This document shows positions 9,756-19,448 of a DNA stretch of 60,612 nt, piece after piece. Under the pieces are notes generated by a model. It saw only the letters and a list, made by a program, of their open reading frames with translations. It searched no databases and had not been told where the DNA came from. The first letter of the stretch is position 1. Each line of letters opens with the position of its first letter. This stretch comes from Thermomicrobiales bacterium. Its GTDB lineage: Bacteria; Chloroflexota; Chloroflexia; Thermomicrobiales; UBA6265. The position numbers were made by a program, and so were the translations under genes. The DNA lies in the NCBI GenBank assembly GCA_020853615.1, contig JADYYO010000074.1, positions 1 through 60,612 on the forward strand. Direction: 5' to 3'.

Positions 9756-9869
9756 TGGCAGCGTGGGCCGCCGGCTCGGCACGATTCTGGCGCTGCTGGT
9801 GAATCAGGCCATGCCGCGGGGAATGGCATGGCCGAGGCCGCGAGGCCCGCAAGAGCAAAGGAGATGTGC

Positions 9870-10097
9870 ATGGACGCTGGTGAGCGCAAGTACGGTGTCT
9901 CGAATATCGTTTACGACATCATCCAGTCGGTCGGCAATCTGCTGCAGGGGCAGGAGAAGCTGCAGGAGTACGCGCGCGACGCCGAGCAGGCGGGCGACAG
10001 CGAGGCGGCCACGGCCTTCCGCACGGTCGCCGAGGGGAATCGCGCGGCCGCGCAGACGCTCCTGAAGCGGCTCCGCGCCCATCTCGACGAGATGTAG
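9870..10097 (+). CDS. Small (75 aa) predicted all-helical hypothetical protein between moeA and moaD-moaE
   Basis: ORF 9828..10097(+). ATG 9870 has AAAGGAG 6 nt upstream. No family recognised. Confidence 0.6.
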   Translation: MDAGERKYGVSNIVYDIIQSVGNLLQGQEKLQEYARDAEQAGDSEAATAFRTVAEGNRAAAQTLLKRLRAHLDEM

Positions 10098-10217
10098 CGG
10101 AGCAGCCAGAATCGCGCCAGGGTCGGTCTCGCTGGGAGTCGCTGTCTCCTGACCGCCGCGCGAGGCCGGCATCGACGATAATCTGGCTTCGCGGCCGGGC
10201 AACGACCGGAAGGTGAC

Positions 10218-10913
10218 GTGGACATCGACATTCGCTACTTCGCGATGATTCGCGAGATCGTCGGCCGGGCCGCCGAGCGGCGGGAGGTGCCCGCCGGGGC
10301 GACGATCGGCGATCTCTTCGACCAGCTCGCGCGCGAGCATCCCCGCCTCGAGCGGTTGAAGCCGGTGACGATGCTGATGGTCAATCAGGAGTACGTGCCG
10401 GCGACGCATCCCCTCACCGACGGCGACGAGGTGGCGTTCATCCCGCCCGTCAGTGGCGGTGCGCAGACCCGGTTCCGCGTCCAGTCGGAGCCGATCGATG
10501 CGCGCGAGGTCGAGGCGCTGGTGGCGCATCCGGGCGCGGGGGCGATTGCGACCTTCACCGGGACGGTGCGCGATCATGGCCGCGGGCGGCAGGTGACGCA
10601 TCTCGATTACGAAGCCTACGCGCCAGCCGCCGAGAAGATGCTGGCGCAGATCAGCGACGAGATCCGCGAGCGCTGGGGGATCGAGCATGTCGCGATCACC
10701 CATCGCGTCGGCTCTCTGGCCATCGGCGAGGCAAGCGTCGTCATCAGCGTCGCTTCGGCGCACCGCGACGCCGCCTTCGAAAGCTGCCGCTACGCGATCG
10801 AGCGGATCAAGGAGATCGTGCCGATCTGGAAGAAGGAGCACTACGTCGACGGCGCGACGTGGCTCGGGAGCGAGCACGACTATCAGGTCGAGATTGGCCG
10901 CCTGTCCAGATAG
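10218..10913 (+). CDS. moaD-moaE: Fused molybdopterin synthase: sulfur-carrier MoaD (aa 1-81, ending FIPPVSGG) joined directly to catalytic subunit MoaE
   Basis: GTG start at 10218. Residues 1-81 are a ThiS/MoaD fold ending in Gly-Gly. Residues 82-231 carry MoaE motifs (THLDYEAY, ASAHRDAAFESCRYAIERIKEIVPIWKKE). The junction falls at nt 10460/10461. Confidence 0.9.
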   Translation: MDIDIRYFAMIREIVGRAAERREVPAGATIGDLFDQLAREHPRLERLKPVTMLMVNQEYVPATHPLTDGDEVAFIPPVSGGAQTRFRVQSEPIDAREVEALVAHPGAGAIATFTGTVRDHGRGRQVTHLDYEAYAPAAEKMLAQISDEIRERWGIEHVAITHRVGSLAIGEASVVISVASAHRDAAFESCRYAIERIKEIVPIWKKEHYVDGATWLGSEHDYQVEIGRLSR

Positions 10914-10940
10914 CGGCAGAAGTACGAGATTTTGGCCCTA

Positions 10941-10969
10941 TTGCCAAAGTTGATCGAGAACTCTAGAAT
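10941..10969 (+). promoter_or_regulatory. Near-consensus sigma-70-type promoter upstream of cysK
   Basis: TTGCCA (10941-10946), 17-nt spacer, TAGAAT (10964-10969), in a locally AT-richer pocket. AGGAG RBS at 11001-11005. Confidence 0.6.
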
Positions 10970-11010
10970 ATGCTCTCTCAACGGCGAGAAGACCGCTAGC
11001 AGGAGCAGAT

Positions 11011-12039
11011 GTGATGGCGAAGACCACGACGCAACAGGACACGCCGATTGACCGCTCGTTGACCGAACGCCGAAAGCGCCCTTCGATCGCGGCCGACGCC
11101 ACCGAGTTGGTCGGCAACACGCCGCTCGTCCGGCTCTCCCGCTTCACTGGCGACACGCCCGGGCAGGTCGTTGCCAAGCTGGAGTCGTTCAGCCCCGGCT
11201 TTTCGGTCAAGGACCGCATCGGCGTCGCCATGATCGAAGACGCCGAGGAGAAGGGGCTGATCGAACCGGGCGTGACGACGATTGTAGAGCCGACGAGCGG
11301 CAACACCGGCATCGCGCTAGCGTGGGCGGCGGCGGCGAAGGGGTACCGGCTGATCCTCACCATGCCGGAGAGCATGAGCCTCGAGCGGCGGGTCCTCCTC
11401 CTCAGCTACGGCGCCGAGCTGGTGCTGACGCCGCCGTCCGAAGGGATGGTCGGCGCGGTGCGCCGCGCCGAGGAGATCGTCGCCAAGACGCCGAACGCCT
11501 GGATGCCGCAGCAGTTCGAGAACGCGGCAAACCCCGAGATCCACCGCCGCACCACGGCGGTCGAGATCTGGGAGGACACGGGTGGCGCGATCGACATCCT
11601 CGTCGCCGGCATCGGCACCGGGGGCACCATCACCGGCGCCGGCCAGGTGCTCAAGGAGCTGAAGCCGGAGATCCAGGTTATCGCGGTCGAGCCGGCCGAG
11701 TCGCCGATTCTCGCCACGGGCCAGGCCGGGCCGCACAAGATCCAGGGGCTCGGGGCCAACTTCGTGCCGGGGACGCTCGACCGGGACATCTACGACGAGA
11801 TCGTCCACATCGACGCCCAGACGGCGATCGATGCCGAGCACGAGCTGCTACGCACCGAAGGGCTCCTCGTCGGGATCTCGAGCGGGGCGGCCGCGGCCGC
11901 CGCCCGGGAAGTCGCGCGGCGGCCGGAGAATGCCGGCAAGCTGATCGTGGTGATCCTGCCGGATACCGGCGAGCGCTACCTGAGCACAATCGCCTTCGGT
12001 GACATCCGCGAGCGCGCCGCCGGGATGTCCGCGGGATAG
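11011..12039 (+). CDS. cysK: Cysteine synthase (O-acetylserine/O-phosphoserine sulfhydrylase family)
   Basis: PLP-lysine motif FSVKDRIG, plus [10 protein letters not shown] and [10 protein letters not shown]. Start is GTG 11011 or ATG 14 nt... ATG 11014. About 20 extra N-terminal residues relative to typical CysK. Confidence 0.9.
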   Translation: MMAKTTTQQDTPIDRSLTERRKRPSIAADATELVGNTPLVRLSRFTGDTPGQVVAKLESFSPGFSVKDRIGVAMIEDAEEKGLIEPGVTTIVEPTSGNTGIALAWAAAAKGYRLILTMPESMSLERRVLLLSYGAELVLTPPSEGMVGAVRRAEEIVAKTPNAWMPQQFENAANPEIHRRTTAVEIWEDTGGAIDILVAGIGTGGTITGAGQVLKELKPEIQVIAVEPAESPILATGQAGPHKIQGLGANFVPGTLDRDIYDEIVHIDAQTAIDAEHELLRTEGLLVGISSGAAAAAAREVARRPENAGKLIVVILPDTGERYLSTIAFGDIRERAAGMSAG

Positions 12040-12060
12040 ATCGCACCCCACTCGGGAACG

Positions 12061-12096
12061 AAAAACGGGGGCCGGCGCAATGCCGGCCCCCGTTTC
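12061..12096. terminator. Bidirectional intrinsic terminator between the convergent cysK and nrdJ genes
   Basis: Perfect 12-bp stem ACGGGGGCCGGC / GCCGGCCCCCGT with a 5-nt loop, flanked by AAAAA upstream and TTT downstream. Confidence 0.8.
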
Positions 12097-12113
12097 GCGT
12101 GTGTCGTCGACGG

Positions 12114-15100
12114 CTACGAGCAGCCGAGGCTGTTACCGCAGTTGAGGCACTTGTAGCACGAGCCGTTGCGGACCGTGATGTGGCCGCAGACGTCGCAGAA
12201 CGGCGCATCGCCCATCAGCTCGGAGAGGTGGACGCTCATCACGTCGATCGTGGCCGTCGCCTCCAGGAGCGCCGTCGCCGACTGCTCCCCGTGCGACGCA
12301 TGCTTCCCGTTCCCGTTCCCGTTCCCGTTGCGCGTCGGACCTGTTGCCGGGATCGACGGCTTCGCGGGCGTGGCTGGAGTCGGAACCGGACTGGCCTGCG
12401 ACACCGGCTCGGCCACCGGCTGATCATCCACGGGCTCCTCGTGCAGTTCCGGCGGCACCTGGGTCAGGTCGGTGCGGCCGAGGTACTCCAGGCCGAGGAC
12501 GCGGAAGACGTAGTCGATGATCGAGGTCGCCATCTTGATGTTCGGGTGGCCGGTGACCATCCCCTGCGGCTCGAAGCGCGTGAAGGTGAAGGTCTCGACG
12601 AACTCCTCCAGCGGCACGCCGTACTGCAGGCCCTTCGAGATGGCGATCGCGAAGCAGTTGATCATCGAGCGGAAGGCCGCGCCCTCCTTGTGCATGTCGA
12701 TGAAGATCTCGCCGAGCGCGCCATCCTCGTACTCGCCGGTGCGCAGGAAGACCTTGTTCCCCGCCACGCGCGCTTCCTGGGTGAAGCCGCTGCGCCGCGC
12801 CGGGAGCCGCCGTCGGGTGGGGCCGGATGTCGCGGGCTTCGCCGGTGCGGCCGGAACGACCGCCGCCCGCTCCCGCTCCCACTCGGCGCGGGCCTTCGCC
12901 ACCGCCGCCGATACGGCCGCCTCGGTCGCCTCGGCGATCCGGCGCTCGATCTCCTCCTCCGACACCGTCGCTGCCTCCTCCTTCTCGCTCGTGTCGGCGC
13001 TCCGGGCCGAGAGGGGCTGGCTCAGCTTCGAGCCATCCCGGTAGAGCGCCATCGCCTTGATGCCGTGGCGCCAGCTCTGCTCGTAGGCGTCGACAACGTC
13101 ATCGACGGTCGCCTCGTTCGGCATGTTGATCGTCTTGGAGATGGCGCCGGAGAGGAAGCTCTGGGCGGCGCTCATCATCTTGATGTGCCCGAGGTGGTGG
13201 ATGAAGCGCGTCCCGGTCTTGCCGCACTTGTTGGCGCAATCGAAGACCGGCAGGTGCTCGTCCTTCAGGAAGGGTGCGCCCTCGACCGTCATCGTGCCGC
13301 AGACCACTTCGTTCGCCTCGGCGATCTGCCGGCTCATGAAGCCGAGCGCCTTCAGCAGGTCGAAGCCGGGGCGGCTCGCCTCGGCGGCGGAGATGCCGGC
13401 GCGCGCCAGCGCCTCTTCGCCGAGGGTCCAGACGTTGAACGCGAAACCAATCTCGAAGACACCCGGCAGCGCCGCCTCGACCCGCGCGATGTCCTCCTCG
13501 TTGAAGCCGCGCGCCAGGAGCGACTCGCGGTTGATGTGCGGCGCGCCCTCCAGCGTCATCGTGCCCAGGACGTAGCGGAGGATCGCCTGCCGCTCTTCGG
13601 GCGAATAGCCGAGGTTGCGCAGCGCCGGCTCGATGCTCTGGTTGGCGATCTTGAAGTAGCCGCCGCCCGCGAGCTTCTTGAATTTCACGAGGGCGAAGTC
13701 GGGCTCGACGCCGGTCGTGTCGCAATCCATGAGGAGGCCGATGGTCCCGGTCGGCGCGAGGAGCGTCGTCTGCGCGTTGCGGTAGCCATACCTCTCGCCG
13801 CGCTCGAGCGCCGTATCCCATGCCTCACGCGCCGCCTCGAGCAGGTAGCCGGGGACGAGATCGGCCGCGACGGGCATCGGCAGGACCGAGAGCTCCTCGT
13901 ACTCGCTCGTGTCGGCATCGTAGATGGCGCGCCGGTGGTTGCGGATCACGCGCAGCATGTGCTCGCGATTGGCCGCGAAGCCGGGGAAGGGCCCGAGGTG
14001 CTGTGCCAGCTCGGCCGAGGTCGCGTAGCTCTCGCCGGTCATCAGCGCCGTCACCGCCCCGGCATAGGCCCTGGCCTGATCCGAGTCGTACGGCATGCCG
14101 AGGAGCATCAGGATCGTGCCGAGGTTGGCGTAGCCGAGGCCGAGTGTCCGGTAGTCGTAGCTGAGCCGGGCGATCTCCTCGCTCGGGAACTGCGCCATCA
14201 GGACGCTGATCTCGAGCACGATCGTCCAGAGGCGGACCGCATGGCGGTAGCCCGCGATGTCGAACGCGCCGGTCTCGGCGTCGAGGAACTTGAGGAGGTT
14301 GAGCGAGGCGAGATTGCACGCCGTATTGTCAAGGAACATGTACTCGGAGCAATTGTGGACGACCATGCCATTGGCGACGAAATGATTGGTACGCGGTTCG
14401 GTCAGATCGTAGACAGGCTCGTCCCCGACGTACTCCAGCGACGCGAACTCATCCTCGAACCGGTCCGCATACGGCTGCACCCGCGCGTTGAGCGACGCAA
14501 GCTGTGCCGCCTTCGGGCTCTCCGACATGAAGCCGATCTCCCGCTCGAACGCGATGCGTGAGGAGCGGCTGATGCGAAGTGAGTGCATCGCCTGGCGCTG
14601 GTACACGCCGCCGGGCAATTCCTGCATTGTGGCAGCAAGCCGATCTCGGTAGAGCTTGGCTTTGATGCCAAAAGCAAGCAGCATCACCTGCACCTGTTCG
14701 AGCAGCGGAAGCGAGGTGCTGTCCAGCGAAACGTACTGAGACTTCTCGCCATAGTCGGCCACTGTGCCATCGGTGGTGAAGAGCCCGCGCAGCAATGCTG
14801 CCTGTGAGGCGCGGTCGAGCGAGTAGACCTCATCGGTGAACCGCTTCTCGGCGGCTCCGCGATCGATCACCGTGTATCGGGCGACGAGCGCGCGCAACGG
14901 CGCGGCCGACGAACCCACACGAAGCGATGTCGGCGTCTCGACGATGCTGCGCTTTCGCCGCGCGCGACCGTCCGTGGCATCGGCGGTGATTCGGGTCAGG
15001 CTTGACAGCAGCGTTTCGGCCAGGGCCCGCTCGTTCTTGCCAACCGTGATGAACACGTGGCCTTGCTCCCCGGTCGAGCAGCCGTCGCCGACCGCCGCGC

Positions 15101-16619
15101 CCAGCAATTCCGCTGTGTCTCGGCCGAGACCACGAGTCCCGAACCCGGCGCCCAGGAGCACGATCCGGTCGCCTGCTTGCAACTCGCTGGCAGGAACATC
15201 TCCCCGGTTCGCGGTCATCACCTTGTGGTCGGCCGTCAAGCGCACGCTGTATCCGGACCGGGTGCGTAGCCGGTAGACCGGCTTGATCCCGGTGGGGAAG
15301 ATTCGCGCGACGAGCGAAGGCTCATTATCGGCCGCGACGACCTCGGCAACGCCGCCAACCAGATCCACAATCCGTCGATACCCGGTCGTCGTGGCGACCA
15401 GCGTATCTCCTGTCACGCAGGGGTTGCTGCCGTTGATGCGGCCGGCTTCCGGCGCGGTGTGCCACTCGTTGATCGTGGTGTCGAACTGCAGCCCGGGGTC
15501 GGCGCACTGCCAGGCTGCCTCGGCGATCTGCCGCCAGAGGTCGCGGGCGCGGACGGTCTTGCTGACGTGCGAGGGATCGGTGCGCCAGTGCAGTTGCCAC
15601 TCCTCGTCGCGCTCGACCGCCTCCAGGAACGCCTCGCTGACGCGGACCGAGTTGTTCGAGTTCTGCCCGGAGACGGTCGCGTAGGCTTCGCCGTTGAAAT
15701 CGCTCGGGTAGCCGGCCGCGATGAGGGCGGCGACCTTCTTCTCCTCGTCGACCTTCCAGGAGATGAACTTCTCGATGTCGGGGTGGTCGATGTCGACGAT
15801 CACCATCTTTGCCGCGCGCCGGGTCGTCCCGCCGCTCTTGATGGCGCCGGCCGCACGGTCGCCGACGCGCAGGAAGCTCATCAGCCCGGAGGAGGTGCCG
15901 CCGCCGGAGAGCGGCTCGCCCTCGCCACGGACGGCCGAGAAGTTGGTGCCGGTGCCGGAGCCGTACTTGAAGATGCGCGCCTCGCGGATCCAGAGGTCCA
16001 TCAGCCCGCCCGGCTCGACCAGCGAGTCATCGACGCTCTGGAGGAAACACGCGTGCGGCTGCGGCCGGGTGTAGGCGTCCTCGCTCGGCTTGACCTGGTT
16101 GTCGGCGGGGTCGACGTAGTAGTGCCCCTGCGCCGGCCCGGTGATGCCGTAGGCCCACGCAAGGCCGGTGTTGAACCACTGCGGCGAGTTGGGCGCGGCC
16201 ATCTGATGGACGAGCATATAGGCGAGCTCGTCCTCGAAGGCGGCCGCGTCGGCCGCGGAGGCGAAATAGCCGCTGCTCTCGCCCCAGTGGCGCCAGCAGC
16301 CGGTCAGGCGGCGGATCACCTGCCGCGCGGATCGCTCCGGCCCGAGGACCGGCGCGCCCGTCTCGTCGAGAACCGGGTCGCCGGCCGCGTCGACCTGCGG
16401 AACGCCCGCCTTGCGGAAGTACTTGGAGACCATGATGTCGGCGGCGACCTGCGACCAGTCGGCCGGCACCTCGGCGTCGGCCATCTCAAAGACGACGGAG
16501 CCGTCCGGGTTGGTGATCCGCGACGTCCTGCGCGACCACCGGACCGCGGCGAAGGGATCGTTCGCCCCTGCCGTGAACCGGCGCTCGATCGTCAATCCGG
16601 TCGTCTTCTTCGCGCTCAT
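12114..16619 (-). CDS. nrdJ: Adenosylcobalamin-dependent (class II) ribonucleotide reductase, interrupted by an intein
   Basis: ORF 12114..16673(-). Start taken as ATG 16619 (GAGGTG upstream). Class II RNR motifs include the finger loop INGSNP|[19 protein letters not shown], split by 356 intein codons. C-terminal Cys-rich zinc ribbon (CDVCGH...CYKCLNC). Confidence 0.93.
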   Translation of the reverse strand: MSAKKTTGLTIERRFTAGANDPFAAVRWSRRTSRITNPDGSVVFEMADAEVPADWSQVAADIMVSKYFRKAGVPQVDAAGDPVLDETGAPVLGPERSARQVIRRLTGCWRHWGESSGYFASAADAAAFEDELAYMLVHQMAAPNSPQWFNTGLAWAYGITGPAQGHYYVDPADNQVKPSEDAYTRPQPHACFLQSVDDSLVEPGGLMDLWIREARIFKYGSGTGTNFSAVRGEGEPLSGGGTSSGLMSFLRVGDRAAGAIKSGGTTRRAAKMVIVDIDHPDIEKFISWKVDEEKKVAALIAAGYPSDFNGEAYATVSGQNSNNSVRVSEAFLEAVERDEEWQLHWRTDPSHVSKTVRARDLWRQIAEAAWQCADPGLQFDTTINEWHTAPEAGRINGSNPCVTGDTLVATTTGYRRIVDLVGGVAEVVAADNEPSLVARIFPTGIKPVYRLRTRSGYSVRLTADHKVMTANRGDVPASELQAGDRIVLLGAGFGTRGLGRDTAELLGAAVGDGCSTGEQGHVFITVGKNERALAETLLSSLTRITADATDGRARRKRSIVETPTSLRVGSSAAPLRALVARYTVIDRGAAEKRFTDEVYSLDRASQAALLRGLFTTDGTVADYGEKSQYVSLDSTSLPLLEQVQVMLLAFGIKAKLYRDRLAATMQELPGGVYQRQAMHSLRISRSSRIAFEREIGFMSESPKAAQLASLNARVQPYADRFEDEFASLEYVGDEPVYDLTEPRTNHFVANGMVVHNCSEYMFLDNTACNLASLNLLKFLDAETGAFDIAGYRHAVRLWTIVLEISVLMAQFPSEEIARLSYDYRTLGLGYANLGTILMLLGMPYDSDQARAYAGAVTALMTGESYATSAELAQHLGPFPGFAANREHMLRVIRNHRRAIYDADTSEYEELSVLPMPVAADLVPGYLLEAAREAWDTALERGERYGYRNAQTTLLAPTGTIGLLMDCDTTGVEPDFALVKFKKLAGGGYFKIANQSIEPALRNLGYSPEERQAILRYVLGTMTLEGAPHINRESLLARGFNEEDIARVEAALPGVFEIGFAFNVWTLGEEALARAGISAAEASRPGFDLLKALGFMSRQIAEANEVVCGTMTVEGAPFLKDEHLPVFDCANKCGKTGTRFIHHLGHIKMMSAAQSFLSGAISKTINMPNEATVDDVVDAYEQSWRHGIKAMALYRDGSKLSQPLSARSADTSEKEEAATVSEEEIERRIAEATEAAVSAAVAKARAEWERERAAVVPAAPAKPATSGPTRRRLPARRSGFTQEARVAGNKVFLRTGEYEDGALGEIFIDMHKEGAAFRSMINCFAIAISKGLQYGVPLEEFVETFTFTRFEPQGMVTGHPNIKMATSIIDYVFRVLGLEYLGRTDLTQVPPELHEEPVDDQPVAEPVSQASPVPTPATPAKPSIPATGPTRNGNGNGNGKHASHGEQSATALLEATATIDVMSVHLSELMGDAPFCDVCGHITVRNGSCYKCLNCGNSLGCS
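12304..12327. repeat. Hexanucleotide tandem (TTCCCG)x4 inside nrdJ, encoding NGNGNGNG
   Basis: Read directly from the sequence. In-frame, located in the low-complexity linker before the C-terminal zinc ribbon. Confidence 0.8.
14352..15419 (-). mobile_element. 356-aa intein with a LAGLIDADG homing-endonuclease domain inside nrdJ
   Basis: Begins CVTGDTLV (block A) and contains LTADH (block B, TxxH). LAGLIDADG motifs [10 protein letters not shown] and [12 protein letters not shown]. Ends VYDLTEP...[11 protein letters not shown] followed by +1 Cys (CSEY). Boundaries checked at nucleotide level: TGC at 15417-15419, AAT at 14352-14354. Confidence 0.9.
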
Positions 16620-16794
16620 CACCGCACCTCGTCGTTCCGTCGGCGTCTCCACGTTCCTGCCAGTCGCGACCACATTTTTCAGGGAGTCGGCCCCATGACC
16701 GAGGCGGACTATCGGCCTGGGTCATGGCTATGACGCGCGGGGCGGGAAAGCGTCGGGCGATCCTGAAGAAATCTCGGGGGTCCCCGAGGGGTCA

Positions 16795-16850
16795 ACACCA
16801 CATATGGTACACCCGGTCGTATGATAGCACAAGATGTGCCTTGAAGTCAG
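16795..16850 (-). promoter_or_regulatory. Candidate nrdJ promoter overlapped by two NrdR-box-like palindromes
   Basis: Minus strand reads CTGACT, 18 nt, TGcTATCAT (extended -10). Palindromes ACACCACATATGGTAC (16795-16810) and GCACAAGATGTGC (16827-16839) have centres about 30 nt apart. The NrdR-box consensus was recalled from memory, not searched. Confidence 0.4.
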
Positions 16851-16983
16851 GAACTAAGCCGGGTTCGGCTCAAAATCGTCCGGAAGATGCGACAACTGTA
16901 CGTACACTCCTGTGACTCCTGTCACAGATGCGTCATACATGGCGGGCGAGATGACTCCCCGTCGGGCGTTGCCAGGTGCGCCA

Positions 16984-17799
16984 TCAGGTGTTCGACGACG
17001 ATGACCAGGTGGCCCGCAGGTTGAACCGGCGGAGCATGCGCAGCACCGGCCCTCCCCCGACAAGGATGAGCAGCGCGGTCGCCAGCGCGCGCGTCGCGTC
17101 ATGGACGAGGGAGGTGACCAGGTAGAACCGGGCGTAACGCGCGAGGCTTTCGACCACCGTCAGGGCGGGCGACCAGTAGAGCCCGGCGTCGGCGGTCGAG
17201 CCGGGCGCGGTGTAGGGCCAGGCGTAGAGATTCATCAGCGCACCGTAGAGGAATCCGGCCGCCGCGCCGTAGACCGCGAGGAGCGCGAGCGTCTTCCCCG
17301 GAAAGGCGCATCGCGGCAGCCACCCGGCAGCGACCCCAGTCCAGCCCGCACAGAGCATCTGGAAGGGGAGCCAGGGGCCGACGCCGGCTGTGATCGCGGC
17401 CGAGAGGAGGAGTGTCAATGCGCCCATGACGAATCCGAAGCGGGAGCCGAAGACATAGCCGACGAGGACGATAAGCGCGAAGATCGGCGAGGCGCCGAGA
17501 AAGGTCGGCATGAGGCGCAGCGTCGCATCGATCGCCACCAGCGCCGCGAGCAGCGCGATCGCCCGCGAGAGCCCTCCGCCACCCGGCCCGATCGAGGCTT
17601 CGGAGATGGCGACCAGCAGTGATCCGGCGACCAGCACCGCCAGCAGGAGCGACGCGTCCGAGGAGCGCGCGGGCGGGAGAGGCGCGACGCGGGGCAGCGC
17701 CGAAAGGAGAAACGGGAAGAGGAAGGTGATCGCCCCGACGAGACTGACGGCCGCGATGGCGAGGTTTTCGAATGCGCGGGTGCGTTGTCCCTGCTGCAC
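16984..17799 (-). CDS. Polytopic membrane protein, ECF-transporter S-component-like
   Basis: ORF 16984..18285(-). Only the C-terminal ~270 aa look like protein, with about 7-8 hydrophobic helices. Start set to GTG 17799 and uncertain. The upstream 160 codons are Arg/Ser-rich. Confidence 0.6.
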   Translation of the reverse strand: MQQGQRTRAFENLAIAAVSLVGAITFLFPFLLSALPRVAPLPPARSSDASLLLAVLVAGSLLVAISEASIGPGGGGLSRAIALLAALVAIDATLRLMPTFLGASPIFALIVLVGYVFGSRFGFVMGALTLLLSAAITAGVGPWLPFQMLCAGWTGVAAGWLPRCAFPGKTLALLAVYGAAAGFLYGALMNLYAWPYTAPGSTADAGLYWSPALTVVESLARYARFYLVTSLVHDATRALATALLILVGGGPVLRMLRRFNLRATWSSSSNT

Positions 17800-17914
17800 G
17801 ATGCGTTGGCCCTGTCGATGCGCTTTGGCCCGATCCGTATCATAGCCGTGAACGATGGTTCGCCCCACGACGCAGCGAGTCGCGGGAGCAGGCACCGGGG
17901 ATGCGCGGCGACGG

Positions 17915-19429
17915 ATGGATATCACACTCGACGATCTTCTGGCGCTGGAGCCGCGCCTCACCGTCCGCTCCAAGGGCGAAGCGTTGCCGGAGACCCCGGC
18001 GCCTCGGCTCGACGCGCCGACCTCATGGGCCGTCTCGGCACGCGCCACCTCGCCATATCTCCCGTCGATGCGGGGCGGAGAAATCGTCCTCGTGCCGCCC
18101 CGGGTCACCGCCGCCCTCGCGGACGAGTTGTGCGATCTCGTGCGCGAGGCGGGGCTGCGCGGGGCGAGCGCTCTGGTCTTCACGCGCGGGGACACCCGGG
18201 TCGACCGTTGCCCGTCTCTGTCGGCCGGCGTGGCGTTCCTCGAGTGGCCGGAGCGGTTGAATGGGGACACCGAGGCCGCCATCAACCGGACGCTGACCGA
18301 GTGCCGGGGCAGCCTCTATCAGATCGGAAGCAATCTCGAGCGACAGTTGACCGACTTCGCGGCGAGCCGCGCCGGACTCGATGCCCTTGTCCGCGTCGTA
18401 ACCACTGTCTCCGGGATTCCGGTCGAAATCCAGGACGCGCACAGTCACCCGATCGCCACGTCGCGTGCGGGGGCGCCGGGTCAGCCGGCAAACGGAGGGG
18501 GAGATCAGGGGGAGATGCGCGTCGCGCTCGCCTCGGGCGCCACCCTCGTTCTCGGCCCGATGCGGCCGGAGCAGCGCGTCATCGGGCGTTTCCTGATCGG
18601 CCGCATCGCCGCGGCAGCCGACGCCGCGATGCGTCGGGAAGAGGCGCATCGGCCCCGCGGCGCGCGGCGCGCGGAGCTGCTGGAGGCGTTGCTCGCGGGG
18701 GGGGCGGGGAGTGCGAGTGAGCGGCGCGTCGCCGCGCTCGGCCTCGGGCTCGACCCGGATTCGACCTTCTCCGTGGCGATCCTCAACGGGATGAACGAGG
18801 CCAGCGCGCGGGCGGTGCTGGGCGGGCTGGGCGACGTGCACCCGGCGGGCGACGTGGAGCGCGACGGGCTCTGGGTCGTGGAGCATCCCCGAGGCACGGG
18901 CGAACGCCCTTCGTCGGCCGCGCTGGCGGAGTTGCGCAGGCGCTGGAATTCCGCTCAAGGGGACGATGCGGCGACACTGGCGCTCTCCGCGCCGTCGTTG
19001 GGCCTGGCCCGGCTGCACGAGGCGTCCGAGGAGGCACGATTCATCGCGACGCTGCAGCGGGAAGGGGCGCTACGCCGGCGGATCGCCTTCTTCGACTCCT
19101 TCGCGGACCTCGGTTCGATGCGGCTGCTCTATCAACTGCGTGATTCGCGAGAGTTGCGCCAGTTCGTGCATGATGCGCTCGGTGCCCTGGAGGCCGGCGA
19201 CCAGCGAGGAACCCTGCGGGAGACCGTTCGCGCGTTTCTCGAGAGCGCGGGTTCGCATGGAGAGGCGGCGAGCCGGCTCGGCATCCATCGCAATACGCTG
19301 GCCTATCGCTTGCGTCGCGCCGGGGAGTTGATCGGGCACGATGTCGACGAGCCGGAGTCGTGGCTGACGCTTCACCTCGCGCTGCGCGCGCTCGATGTCC
19401 TGGAGGCGAGCAGTGACACGCGCGATTGA
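17915..19429 (+). CDS. PucR/CdaR-family transcriptional regulator
   Basis: ORF 17855..19429(+). Start taken as ATG 17915 (MDITLDDLL). C-terminal PucR-type HTH: TLRETVRAFLESAGSHGEAASRLGIHRNTLAYRLRRAGEL. Confidence 0.85.
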   Translation: MDITLDDLLALEPRLTVRSKGEALPETPAPRLDAPTSWAVSARATSPYLPSMRGGEIVLVPPRVTAALADELCDLVREAGLRGASALVFTRGDTRVDRCPSLSAGVAFLEWPERLNGDTEAAINRTLTECRGSLYQIGSNLERQLTDFAASRAGLDALVRVVTTVSGIPVEIQDAHSHPIATSRAGAPGQPANGGGDQGEMRVALASGATLVLGPMRPEQRVIGRFLIGRIAAAADAAMRREEAHRPRGARRAELLEALLAGGAGSASERRVAALGLGLDPDSTFSVAILNGMNEASARAVLGGLGDVHPAGDVERDGLWVVEHPRGTGERPSSAALAELRRRWNSAQGDDAATLALSAPSLGLARLHEASEEARFIATLQREGALRRRIAFFDSFADLGSMRLLYQLRDSRELRQFVHDALGALEAGDQRGTLRETVRAFLESAGSHGEAASRLGIHRNTLAYRLRRAGELIGHDVDEPESWLTLHLALRALDVLEASSDTRD

Positions 19430-19448
19430 GCGCGAAAACCGGCCGGCA

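Noticed and set aside
12099-14561. 820-aa ORF on the + strand antisense to nrdJ. Similar very long antisense ORFs occur at 26133-28124, 31835-33094, 36293-37897, 43386-45146, 45844-47586, 55108-56253 and elsewhere.
   Set aside because: Each lies opposite a gene with strong family signatures. Their translations are Arg/Gly/Ala/Pro-rich low-complexity sequences with no recognisable motifs. Long stop-free antisense frames are expected in high-GC DNA.
16620-16812. Cobalamin riboswitch in the ~190-nt nrdJ leader, suggested by GGAGACGCC and GCGACTGGCAGG, which vaguely resemble B12-box elements.
   Set aside because: The matches to the conserved B12-box and core motifs are weak and out of register. 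B12 repression of a B12-dependent enzyme is also not expected. An Infernal scan with RF00174 would settle it.
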